A stretch of 64,000 bases of DNA from Polyangiales bacterium (GTDB lineage: Bacteria; Myxococcota_A; Polyangia; Polyangiales; Polyangiaceae), in the NCBI GenBank assembly GCA_038231275.1, contig JBBRLQ010000003.1, positions 320,001 to 384,000 of the forward strand, given 5' to 3'. The first letter of the stretch is position 1. Each line of letters begins with the position of its first letter. Both the position numbers and the translations under genes were made by a program. Of the stretch, positions 37,750 to 46,174 are shown one piece after another. The notes under the pieces are model-generated. The model did no database searches, was not told the DNA's origin, and saw nothing but the letters and a program-made list of their open reading frames with translations.

Positions 37750-37782
37750 AGCGTAGGAGCGGCCGCATCAAGAAGACGTAAA
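37750..37782 (-). promoter_or_regulatory. KdpE-type direct-repeat box plus -10 element
   Basis: Minus strand TTTACG-TCTTC-TTGATG, then 10 nt, TACGCT; same geometry as the porin promoter. Confidence 0.65.
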
Positions 37783-37787
37783 GGTGC

Positions 37788-38498
37788 TCACGCCTCGGTC
37801 TTGAACCGGTAGCCGACGCCCGGCTCGGTCGCGAGGTACTTCGGACGCGCTGCGTCGTGCTCCAGCTTGTGGCGCAGCTGGGTCATGTAAACCCTTAGGT
37901 ACTGCGTCTGCGTCGCGTACGACGGTCCCCACACTTCCTTCAAGAGCTGGCGGTGCGTGAGCACGCGCCCGGCGTTCTTCATGAGGTACGTCACGAGCTT
38001 GTACTCGATCGGTGTGAGGTGCACCTCCACCTCGGCGAGATGAACCGACCGCTTGTCGAGGTCGAGCCTAATGTCGCCGACGACGATGACGGGCTCGGTC
38101 GTCGCCACGCCCGCACGCGCGGCGTGACGCAGCGCCACGCGAATGCGCGCCATCAGCTCGCCGGTTCCGAAGGGCTTCGTGAGGTAGTCGTCCGCGCCTT
38201 CGTCGAGCGCGCGCACTTTGTCCTCCTCCTGCCCACGCGCCGACACGACGATGATCGGCGCCTTCATCCACTCCCGCAGCTTGCGCGCGACCTCGAGCCC
38301 GTCCATGTCCGGCAGGCCGAGATCGAGCAGCACGAGCTCGGGGTTGTGTCCCTTGGCGAGCGTCAGCGCCTCCTCGCCCGACACGGCCTCGACGACGCGA
38401 TACCCGTGGGTCGTGAGCGATGTCCGAAGAAACCTGCGCATTTGCGCCTCGTCTTCGACCACCAAGAGGACTTGTTCGAGATCAGCCACGTCGTCCAC
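37788..38498 (-). CDS. kdpE: OmpR-family response regulator KdpE
   Basis: VVEDE, LLDLGLPD, SAR, GADDYLTKPF, VLTHRQLLKEVWG, YLRVYMTQLRHKLE, TEPGVGYR. Confidence 0.93.
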   Translation of the reverse strand: MDDVADLEQVLLVVEDEAQMRRFLRTSLTTHGYRVVEAVSGEEALTLAKGHNPELVLLDLGLPDMDGLEVARKLREWMKAPIIVVSARGQEEDKVRALDEGADDYLTKPFGTGELMARIRVALRHAARAGVATTEPVIVVGDIRLDLDKRSVHLAEVEVHLTPIEYKLVTYLMKNAGRVLTHRQLLKEVWGPSYATQTQYLRVYMTQLRHKLEHDAARPKYLATEPGVGYRFKTEA

Positions 38499-38517
38499 TA
38501 CCCGTGATCATCGTTCG

Positions 38518-38534
38518 CATAAAGAAAGCATAAA
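38518..38534. promoter_or_regulatory. KdpE-type direct-repeat box between divergent kdpE and kup
   Basis: CATAAA-GAAAG-CATAAA (minus strand TTTATG-CTTTC-TTTATG), compared with the E. coli site TTTATA-CTTTT-TTTACA. Confidence 0.7.
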
Positions 38535-38595
38535 ATTGCACCGACCTCGGCAAGATCGCCGAGCACGCTTCGCCGCGGTGGCAACGTTCCTTTCG

Positions 38596-40566
38596 ATGTC
38601 CACCGCGGCCCGAGCCTCGTCTCCAAGTATCGATGCAGCACCTCACCCCGTCTCCGCCATGCGCGTGCTGGTGTGGGGCGCGCTTGGCGTCGTCTTCGGC
38701 GACATCGGCACGTCGCCGCTCTACGCGATGTCGGAGACCGTCTCGTCGCACCTGATGGCCATGCACGGCCTGAAGGAGAAGGTGACGATGAGCTTTGGCC
38801 AATACTATGGCCGTGACGAGGTGCTCGGCTGGACGTCGCTCTTCATCTGGGCGATCGCGCTCGTCGTCACCCTCAAGTACGTCGTGCTCATTATGCGCGC
38901 CGACAACGAGGGCGAAGGCGGCATGTTCTCCATCCTCGCCCTCCTCAAGTCGAAGGCGGCGAAGCTCTTCACGATGAAGGGGATGTCGGTCATCGTCGCG
39001 ATGGCGGTGCTCGGCTCGGGGATGGTCCTCGGCGACGGAGTCATCACGCCGTCCTTGTCGATCATGTCGGCGTGGGAGGGGCTCGAGGTCGTGACCCACA
39101 GGTGGTCGCCGTACATTCCGTGGCTGTCGGTCGTGACGCTGATCGCGCTGTTCGGCATCCAGCGCTTTGGGACGCATCGTGTCGGCGCCGTCTTCGCGCC
39201 GGCGATGGGGATGTGGTTTTTGACCCTCGCCGTGATGGGCGCGTACTCCTTCTCGAAGCACCCGGAGATCATCGCGGCCATCAACCCGATGCACGCCGCC
39301 GCGTACATCGTGAAGTTCCCGAAGGCGACGCTCTACGTCATCGGCTCGGTCGACCTCTGCATCACCGGCTGCGAGGCGCTCTTCGCGGACATGGGCCACT
39401 TCAGCCGGCCCGCCGTGCGCCGCGCCTGGTATTGGGTCGTCTGGCCCGCGCTCATCTTGAACTACCTCGGCCAGGGCTCGCGCATGCTCGACCCCACGCC
39501 GATCGTCGACGGCAACGTGTTCTACGCGCTCGTCCCGTCGTCGCCGGGGTTCGTGTACCCGCTCGTCATCATCAGCTGGCTCGCCACCGTCATCGCCAGC
39601 CAGGCCCTCATCTCCGGCGCCTTCTCGCTCGTGAACCAGGCGATGCAGCTCGGCCTGTGCCCGCGCGTCAGCGTCGTGCACACGAACAAGGAGATGGAGG
39701 GGCAGATTTACATCCCCGAGGTGAACTGGATTTACCTCGCGCTCTGCATCGGGCTGGTGCTGCTCTTCAAGAGCTCGCACGCGCTCGCGCCGGCGTACGG
39801 TCTCGCGGTCACCGGCACGATGGCCTTCACGACGATCCTCTTTTACATGGTGGCCACGCGCGTCTGGAAGTGGAACCCCATCGCCATCGGCGCGGCGTGC
39901 ACGGGCCTCATCCTCGTCGACATCGCGTTCTTCCTCAGCAACGCGACGCAGTTTTTCGCGGGCGGCTACATCACGATCCTGATCGCGATCGCGACCGCCT
40001 TCATCTTTCTCACGTGGCGCAAGGGGCGCGCCGCGCTCGCCGAGGTGCTGCAAAACGCGGCGCTCCCGATGGATCTCTTTCTCTCGAGCATCCACGAAGA
40101 GAAACCCCATCGCGTGAAAGGCACCGCGGTCTTCATGACGAGCAACGTCGGAGTCCCGCACTCGCTCGTTCACTATTTCAAGCACTCAAAGACGCTGCAC
40201 GAGAACATCCTCTTCCTCACCGTGCAGACCAAGCACGTCCCCGAGGTGAAGGAGTCCGAGCGCATCGACGAGGTGATCGACTACGGCGACGGTCTGCACG
40301 GCGCGAAGGTCGTCTACGGCTTCATGGAGACGCCGGACATCCCAAAAATCCTCGGCGCGATGAACGCGCACGGCGTGAAGGTGGACGCGCGCGACGTTTC
40401 GTATTTCCTCGGGCGCGAGTCGCTGGTCTTCACCGGCAAATCCAAGATGAGCCTCCCCCGCAAGGTGTTCTTCAAGATGCTTAGCCAGAACGCCGTCGCG
40501 GCATCGGCCTTCTTCAAGCTGCCCCCGGGGCGCGTCGTCGAGCTTGGCATCCAAGTCGAGATCTGA
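38596..40566 (+). CDS. kup: KUP/HAK/KT potassium transporter
   Basis: GVVFGDIGTSPLYA, ADNEGEGG, GDGVITP, EALFADMGHF, LNYLGQG, GQIYIP, YGFMETPD, VVELG. Confidence 0.96.
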   Translation: MSTAARASSPSIDAAPHPVSAMRVLVWGALGVVFGDIGTSPLYAMSETVSSHLMAMHGLKEKVTMSFGQYYGRDEVLGWTSLFIWAIALVVTLKYVVLIMRADNEGEGGMFSILALLKSKAAKLFTMKGMSVIVAMAVLGSGMVLGDGVITPSLSIMSAWEGLEVVTHRWSPYIPWLSVVTLIALFGIQRFGTHRVGAVFAPAMGMWFLTLAVMGAYSFSKHPEIIAAINPMHAAAYIVKFPKATLYVIGSVDLCITGCEALFADMGHFSRPAVRRAWYWVVWPALILNYLGQGSRMLDPTPIVDGNVFYALVPSSPGFVYPLVIISWLATVIASQALISGAFSLVNQAMQLGLCPRVSVVHTNKEMEGQIYIPEVNWIYLALCIGLVLLFKSSHALAPAYGLAVTGTMAFTTILFYMVATRVWKWNPIAIGAACTGLILVDIAFFLSNATQFFAGGYITILIAIATAFIFLTWRKGRAALAEVLQNAALPMDLFLSSIHEEKPHRVKGTAVFMTSNVGVPHSLVHYFKHSKTLHENILFLTVQTKHVPEVKESERIDEVIDYGDGLHGAKVVYGFMETPDIPKILGAMNAHGVKVDARDVSYFLGRESLVFTGKSKMSLPRKVFFKMLSQNAVAASAFFKLPPGRVVELGIQVEI

Positions 40567-40622
40567 CCGAGAAATCTGGGCTGTGCGTCGCCGGGCGGTG
40601 TTTGCCGTATACTTCGGCCGAC

Positions 40623-43196
40623 ATGCCCGACGACATGCCCCCGGTGATCCAGACCCTCGAGCGCGCGATCGCCGACGCGAGCGGCTCGGTCGATCCCACG
40701 AGCGACGCCGCGGACGAGCACGCGCGCGCGCTGAAAGATCTCGGCGTGCGCGCGCGGAAGCTCGCGGGCGCGTGGGGGAGGCCTCCGTGCCTGGGATTCT
40801 TCGGTCCGTCGCAGGCGGGAAAATCGTTCCTCGTCGGCGCGCTGCTCTCGCACGAGCTCGGCTCGCTCGAGGTGCAGTGTCCGTCGCGCGTGCTCGATTT
40901 TTTGAAGGAGATCAATCCGGCGAAGGGCGTCGAGTCGACAGGCGTGGTCACGCGCTTCTCCACGCAACCGCCGACGGGGCAAAAGGCGCTGACGCACGGC
41001 GACTTTCATTGCCAGCTTCTCTCGCTCGAGCTCGTCCTCGAGTCGCTCGCGACGGGCTTCCTCGTCGAGTGCACGTCACCGGCCGTCGATCCCGAGCGGG
41101 TAGAGAAGTGCCTGCGCGACGCACGTCTCCAGGCCGGCCCCGCGGCCCCCGCCGTCTACCTCGAGGCCTGGGAAAACGTCTGGCACGATCTCAACAAGAA
41201 GTACCAAGACCGCCACCCGTACCTGAACGATCTGCGCCGGCAGCGCGCGATCGTCGACGGCGCGTGGATGAAGGAGGTGAAGACGGCGTCTGGATGGCTC
41301 CTCGTCTTCTCGCTCTTGTGGGGCGGCCCCGGACACGCCGCCGATCTCGACGCGGTGCTTCGTCTCCTCGTTCAAGGTCTCGACGCCGTCGGCCACGCGC
41401 GCACCGTCGAGGTCGGCCTCGAGCACGTGCGCGCCTCCACTGGCGGCGTGAGCGTCATCGACGCGGGGTGTCTCAACTCGCTCGGCTCCGGCAAGACGCC
41501 GGTGCGTGTCTTCGCGCAAGACGGCGCGTCTCCCGGCCGCGAGGTCGCCGTCGAGCCGGGAGTCCTCTCCGCGCTCATCGCCGAGATCCGTTTGCCCCTG
41601 AAGCCCGTCGCCGGGTCGCTCCTCGACAAGGTCGATATCCTGGATTTCCCCGGGGGTCGCGCGCTCAAGGGCATCAACGGCTTCGGCCGCGCCGAGCTGA
41701 ACACGAACAAGCTCGAGAACGCCGTCGAGGTCTACAAGCGCGGCAAGCTCACGTTCCTCTTCGAGCAGTTCTCGCTCGATCGCGAGATCACCGCGCTCTG
41801 CCTCTGCTCGCCAGGCCCGACGAAGCCCGAGGCCGTGCAGCTCCAGTCGCAGGTCGAGAGCTGGATCCAGACGCGCTACGGCGCCCCGTCGCCGACCTCG
41901 CCTCAGGAGGTCGACGATCCGAGCCTTTTCATCGCGCTCACGAAATACGACATGAGCCTCGGCGCGCTCCGCAGCGACAACGCGAAGGATCGCTGGGACT
42001 CGCGCGTGCAGGAAGCGTGCGTCGACTTCTGGGCGAAGAGCGGCAACTCGTGGATCACCAACTGGGGCGCCCGCGGCGCGCCGTTCGCGAACATGTTCTG
42101 GATCCGCAACCCGTACGCCGATCAGATGCAGAGCCTGAAACCCGGCACGCCGGACTACGGGACGATCAAGAACGGCTACATGGAGTCGCGCGCGGTGCAG
42201 CGGCACCTCAAGTCGTTCGCCGACAAGTGGACCGCGGTCGAAGGCGACGACGAGGCCGCGAAGCTCCCGAAGAGCGGCGTGCCCCTCCTCGCGCAGAGCC
42301 TCCGGCGCAAGCTCAGCGAGGACGTGAAGGCCGCCGAGCTTCGCGCCGAAGCGAGGGCCATCCGCGCCGAGCTCCTCACCGTGCTCAAGGCGATGACCCC
42401 GTCGAAGGACGCGGCCGAAGAACGCGCGCGCATCCTGGAGAGCGCGCAGGCGCTGGTCGGCGCGGTCGGCAAGGAGATGAGCCGCAAGTGCAGCGGCGCC
42501 GTCTTCGGCGACTTGTTCCGCGAGATCGTACCGGCCGAGCAGGAGATCGAGCACGAGGTCCGCAAGGCCTACGGAGCCGTCGCGGCGATGTCGATCAAGA
42601 CGAGCGACAAGGTGAAGAAGGTCCTCGTCCACATCCTCAAGTGGTGGGTCGCCGAGGGCGTCGCGCGCGTTCGCCGCAGCCAGCTCCAGATCCCGGCGTC
42701 GCTGGTCGACGTCTTCGTGCGCGAGGTGTGCACGTCGAAGCTCCTCCTGCCGGTGCTCGGTAACGCGATTTACCCCTATTTTTCTCGTAACGTCGTCGAC
42801 ACGAGCATCGTCGCGACGATCATCCAAGTGAAGGTCAGCGACGCGATGCTCGCGCTCTTCTCCGCCGGCGAGCGCCAGACGCCGCAGATCCCCGCGCGCC
42901 TCTCGTACTCCGAGAGCACGGGCACCGGTACCGCAACGTCCGGCGCGCTGGAGACGGGCGCGATCGACTGGAGCAACGTCGACTTCGAGGAGGATCCGAC
43001 CAAGAGCGAGCGCCTCTCGAGCGTCGAGCTGGTGTTCGCGGGGAGCCGTCACTGGCGGCGCTGGAGCGGCGGGCTCGGCGACTTCTATTTGAAGAGCCGC
43101 GGTGGCCAGGCCAAGGTCGCGCCCGACGATCCGCGCGTGCAGCGCCTCGTGGCGGTGCTGCACGAGGTGGAGAAGGTGCATGTCGCGCCCGCATGA
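40623..43196 (+). CDS. srfC: SrfC-family P-loop NTPase
   Basis: GFFGPSQAGKSFLV, INPAKGVESTGVVTRF, DILDFPG, RGKLTFLFE, LTKYD, FANMFWIRNP. TATACT lies 9 nt before the ATG. Confidence 0.85.
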   Translation: MPDDMPPVIQTLERAIADASGSVDPTSDAADEHARALKDLGVRARKLAGAWGRPPCLGFFGPSQAGKSFLVGALLSHELGSLEVQCPSRVLDFLKEINPAKGVESTGVVTRFSTQPPTGQKALTHGDFHCQLLSLELVLESLATGFLVECTSPAVDPERVEKCLRDARLQAGPAAPAVYLEAWENVWHDLNKKYQDRHPYLNDLRRQRAIVDGAWMKEVKTASGWLLVFSLLWGGPGHAADLDAVLRLLVQGLDAVGHARTVEVGLEHVRASTGGVSVIDAGCLNSLGSGKTPVRVFAQDGASPGREVAVEPGVLSALIAEIRLPLKPVAGSLLDKVDILDFPGGRALKGINGFGRAELNTNKLENAVEVYKRGKLTFLFEQFSLDREITALCLCSPGPTKPEAVQLQSQVESWIQTRYGAPSPTSPQEVDDPSLFIALTKYDMSLGALRSDNAKDRWDSRVQEACVDFWAKSGNSWITNWGARGAPFANMFWIRNPYADQMQSLKPGTPDYGTIKNGYMESRAVQRHLKSFADKWTAVEGDDEAAKLPKSGVPLLAQSLRRKLSEDVKAAELRAEARAIRAELLTVLKAMTPSKDAAEERARILESAQALVGAVGKEMSRKCSGAVFGDLFREIVPAEQEIEHEVRKAYGAVAAMSIKTSDKVKKVLVHILKWWVAEGVARVRRSQLQIPASLVDVFVREVCTSKLLLPVLGNAIYPYFSRNVVDTSIVATIIQVKVSDAMLALFSAGERQTPQIPARLSYSESTGTGTATSGALETGAIDWSNVDFEEDPTKSERLSSVELVFAGSRHWRRWSGGLGDFYLKSRGGQAKVAPDDPRVQRLVAVLHEVEKVHVAPA

Positions 43197-44295
43197 GGAC
43201 GCGGCGACCCCTTCCGCCGACGCGGAGGGCCTGCCGTCGATCGACGAGCTCGCGGCGGCCGGCGACACCGAGAAGCTCCTCGAGCTCGCGAAGGGCTACC
43301 GCACCACGCGCGATCTGAAGGCGTGCCTCGCGTGCTACGAGGCGGCGGCGAAGCTGGGGAGCGCGGAGGCCGAGCACGCGGTGGGGCTCTTCCTCCTCTC
43401 GGGCGGCGTCGTGCCGAAGGACGAAAAACAGGCGGCATCCCTCTTCCGAAGCGCCGCCGACAAAGGGCACCTCCCTTCGCGCGTCTACGTCGCGAACCTC
43501 TACGAGCTGGGCCTGCACTACAAGCAAGACGCCGCGAAAGCCGACGTCTGGTACAGGAACGCCGCCCGCACCGCGCAGATCACCGAGGAGCCGGACAGCT
43601 ACGGCTACGCGTACGAGATGGCCGAGCTCGGCTGCGTCCGCTACTGCCTCAAGGTCATCGCCGATCCAGAGACGACCGACGACGATCGCGTGCATTTTGC
43701 ACGCAAAGCGAAGGCCTACGGATACCGCGAAAAAGGGCGGGAAACGGCGCCGCCGCCCGAGCCAGTCGCCACACTCGACGACACGATCACCAAGCCCGAG
43801 CGCCCCCCGCAAGCGAAGCCGAGCACGCCGCCCGCGGCCGACGAAAAAGAGACGGCGCCGAAAAAAGAGAAGACGAAGAGCGCGGCCTCCTCGTCGCTCA
43901 CGATCGGCGCGGGGCTCGTCGCGTTCCTATGGGCAACGCTGCTCGTGGGCGCGGCGGTCGGCGCCGGGTATCTCGGCCTCGAAGGCGTGCGCCTCCTCGT
44001 CGCCAAGTACGGTCCGATCCTCGGCGCGCACGAAGAGCGCATCGTCCTCGGCGTCGCGGCGGGGCTCGCCGTGCTTGGGGCGCTCATGGTCTACACCTTC
44101 AAGAGCGTCTTCCAGGCGACCCTCGCCGCCGCGCTCTTCGCGGGGCTCGGGTGGTTCGTCTGGCGCGCCCCCAACCTCCACCTTTTTCACCTCCAGATCG
44201 CCCAGGCCATCGCCTTCGGGATCGCGGGATTTCTCGCGGCGTTGCTCCTCAAAGGCCTCGGCGGGGGCGCGAAACGACGGAACGATCGTCGGTAG
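43180..44295 (+). CDS. Sel1-repeat membrane protein
   Basis: AAKLGSAEAEHAVG, AADKGHLPS..LYELG..WYRNAA and about 4 C-terminal TMs; overlaps the srfC stop by 17 nt. Confidence 0.8.
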   Translation: MSRPHEDAATPSADAEGLPSIDELAAAGDTEKLLELAKGYRTTRDLKACLACYEAAAKLGSAEAEHAVGLFLLSGGVVPKDEKQAASLFRSAADKGHLPSRVYVANLYELGLHYKQDAAKADVWYRNAARTAQITEEPDSYGYAYEMAELGCVRYCLKVIADPETTDDDRVHFARKAKAYGYREKGRETAPPPEPVATLDDTITKPERPPQAKPSTPPAADEKETAPKKEKTKSAASSSLTIGAGLVAFLWATLLVGAAVGAGYLGLEGVRLLVAKYGPILGAHEERIVLGVAAGLAVLGALMVYTFKSVFQATLAAALFAGLGWFVWRAPNLHLFHLQIAQAIAFGIAGFLAALLLKGLGGGAKRRNDRR

Positions 44296-44334
44296 ATCGC
44301 ACTTTTTCCAAATCCGCGCGAAGATGGACGCCGG

Positions 44335-46083
44335 ATGCAGTCGCAGGACTTCTATAAGCTCGGTCGGCCGGTCCAGGACCGCCTGATTGGCTGCATTAAC
44401 GGGAGCGGGCTCCCTCCGCCGATCCTCGCGTCGCGCGGCGGGCCGCTGGAGCCGTTCGTCTGGCTCCTCGGGGCGGGGGGCATGGCGGTCCTCTTGATCG
44501 TGCTCTACCGAATCGGCCTCGGCGCGCTCGACAGCGCGATGGCGATTCAAGGCGGCGCGCTCGTCGGCGCGTATTTCGTCCTCGTCGGCGCGATGACGTT
44601 CGCGCTCGTGCGCGCGGCCGCCCTCTTCGCGGACATTCGCAGCCTGCCGTTCAAGCCGGGCGTCTACCTCTTCCCGATCGGCGTCATCGACGCGCGGCGC
44701 TTCGTCCTCAAGATCTACTCGATCGACGAGGTCGTCTCGAGCGCGGGCCCGTCGCCGTCGAACGGATTTCGCATCACCGTGAAGGGCGGCGCGTCGTTCG
44801 ACTTCACCGCCAAGAACGCGGAGGTCGCTGCCAAGGCGGCGGAGGCGATCAAGAGCGCGCGCGGTCAGCTCGACGCGGCGGAGCAGGCCTCCCACAGCAT
44901 GCGCCCGCAGGCCCTCGCCGCGCTCGATCCGCTCCAGGGCTTCGTGAATCCGCTCGCGCCGACGACGTCGATCGAGCGCACCGTGCCGCCGTGGGCGAAG
45001 TTCGCGTGGGCGATCGCCCCGGCCGTGGGGCTGGTCCTCGGCGTGTGCATCTGGCTCGTCCGGAACGTGGTGAGCGACGATCGCATGTTCGCGCGCGCGA
45101 CCGCCGAAGGGGACGCGCCGAGCCTTCGCGCGTACATGGCCCGCGGCTCGCGCCACAAGGGTGAGATCGAGGTCGTGCTCCTGCCGCGCGCCGAGCTGAA
45201 GGAGGCGCAGCAGAAGGGCACCGTCGACGCCCTCGAGGACTACATCAAGGCGCACCCCAAGACCGGGATCGCGCCGGAGATCGACAAGGCCCTCAAGAAG
45301 GCGATGGGCGACGAGCTCGACGACGCCAAGCGCGCCGGCACCGTGAGCGCGCTCAAGGATTTCACCAAGCGCCACCCCACCCACGGCCTCGACGCCGACG
45401 TGAAGGCGGCCGTCCACGCGGTCTACGTCGCTGCGCTCGACAACTACAAGAAGAACGAAGCCCCCAAGGACGTGACGCCGGCGACCCTCGCCTTCATGGA
45501 GCGCCTCCTCGGGTGGGCCGAGGTGAAAGGCCCCAAGATCGAGGTGCGCTTCCACCGGCGCGGCAACTCGCTCGACAAGGCGGACACGCTCATCGGCAAG
45601 AACAAGTACTTCATGGGCGTCGTGTCGTTCGCCACCAAGTACGAGGACGCGCAGCACATGAAGCCGCGCGAGGACGAGCTCGGCGCCACCATCGTCGCGC
45701 GCTTCAACCAGGCGTTCCCCAAGGACGTGGCGGAGATGAGCGTGGGCGAGACGCTCGGCGATCCCGAAGCGCCGCTGCCCCCGGTCACAGTCCCGACCAT
45801 GTTCATCGACTACGTCGCGGAGTGGGACGGCGGCCTCAAGACCAGCGACAAGCCGCGCGGGGTCTTCGCGGGTGTCGGCTACTCGCTCGACGCGTCCTTC
45901 CGAATGCCCGACGACTCGGTGAAACCGCTGCGGATCAAGCCTGGGATCATCTGGCGCGGTCCCAGGTTCGAGGGGATGGACGCGATCGAAAAGCCGGAAG
46001 AAAAGATCTACGCGGACATGGCGGCCGGCGCGTTCGAGCAGTTCGGCAAGAAGGTCCTCGCCACCCTCTTCACGACGAGGTAG
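44335..46083 (+). CDS. Hypothetical membrane protein with helical-repeat C-terminal region
   Basis: Three hydrophobic segments, repeated (T.)AL..Y/F...HP units, strong GC3 bias. Confidence 0.75.
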   Translation: MQSQDFYKLGRPVQDRLIGCINGSGLPPPILASRGGPLEPFVWLLGAGGMAVLLIVLYRIGLGALDSAMAIQGGALVGAYFVLVGAMTFALVRAAALFADIRSLPFKPGVYLFPIGVIDARRFVLKIYSIDEVVSSAGPSPSNGFRITVKGGASFDFTAKNAEVAAKAAEAIKSARGQLDAAEQASHSMRPQALAALDPLQGFVNPLAPTTSIERTVPPWAKFAWAIAPAVGLVLGVCIWLVRNVVSDDRMFARATAEGDAPSLRAYMARGSRHKGEIEVVLLPRAELKEAQQKGTVDALEDYIKAHPKTGIAPEIDKALKKAMGDELDDAKRAGTVSALKDFTKRHPTHGLDADVKAAVHAVYVAALDNYKKNEAPKDVTPATLAFMERLLGWAEVKGPKIEVRFHRRGNSLDKADTLIGKNKYFMGVVSFATKYEDAQHMKPREDELGATIVARFNQAFPKDVAEMSVGETLGDPEAPLPPVTVPTMFIDYVAEWDGGLKTSDKPRGVFAGVGYSLDASFRMPDDSVKPLRIKPGIIWRGPRFEGMDAIEKPEEKIYADMAAGAFEQFGKKVLATLFTTR

Positions 46084-46174
46084 CGCGGGCCCGCCCTCGA
46101 GAGGCGTGTAAAGGCGGTGCGATCCATCGCCGAACTCTGCCAGGCCGCGATTTTTGGCGTACGATCGGCGTGGG

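Noticed and set aside
23280-40620. Cassettes between the srf genes as mobile elements
   Set aside because: No integrase, transposase, tRNA target, terminal repeats or visible compositional shift.
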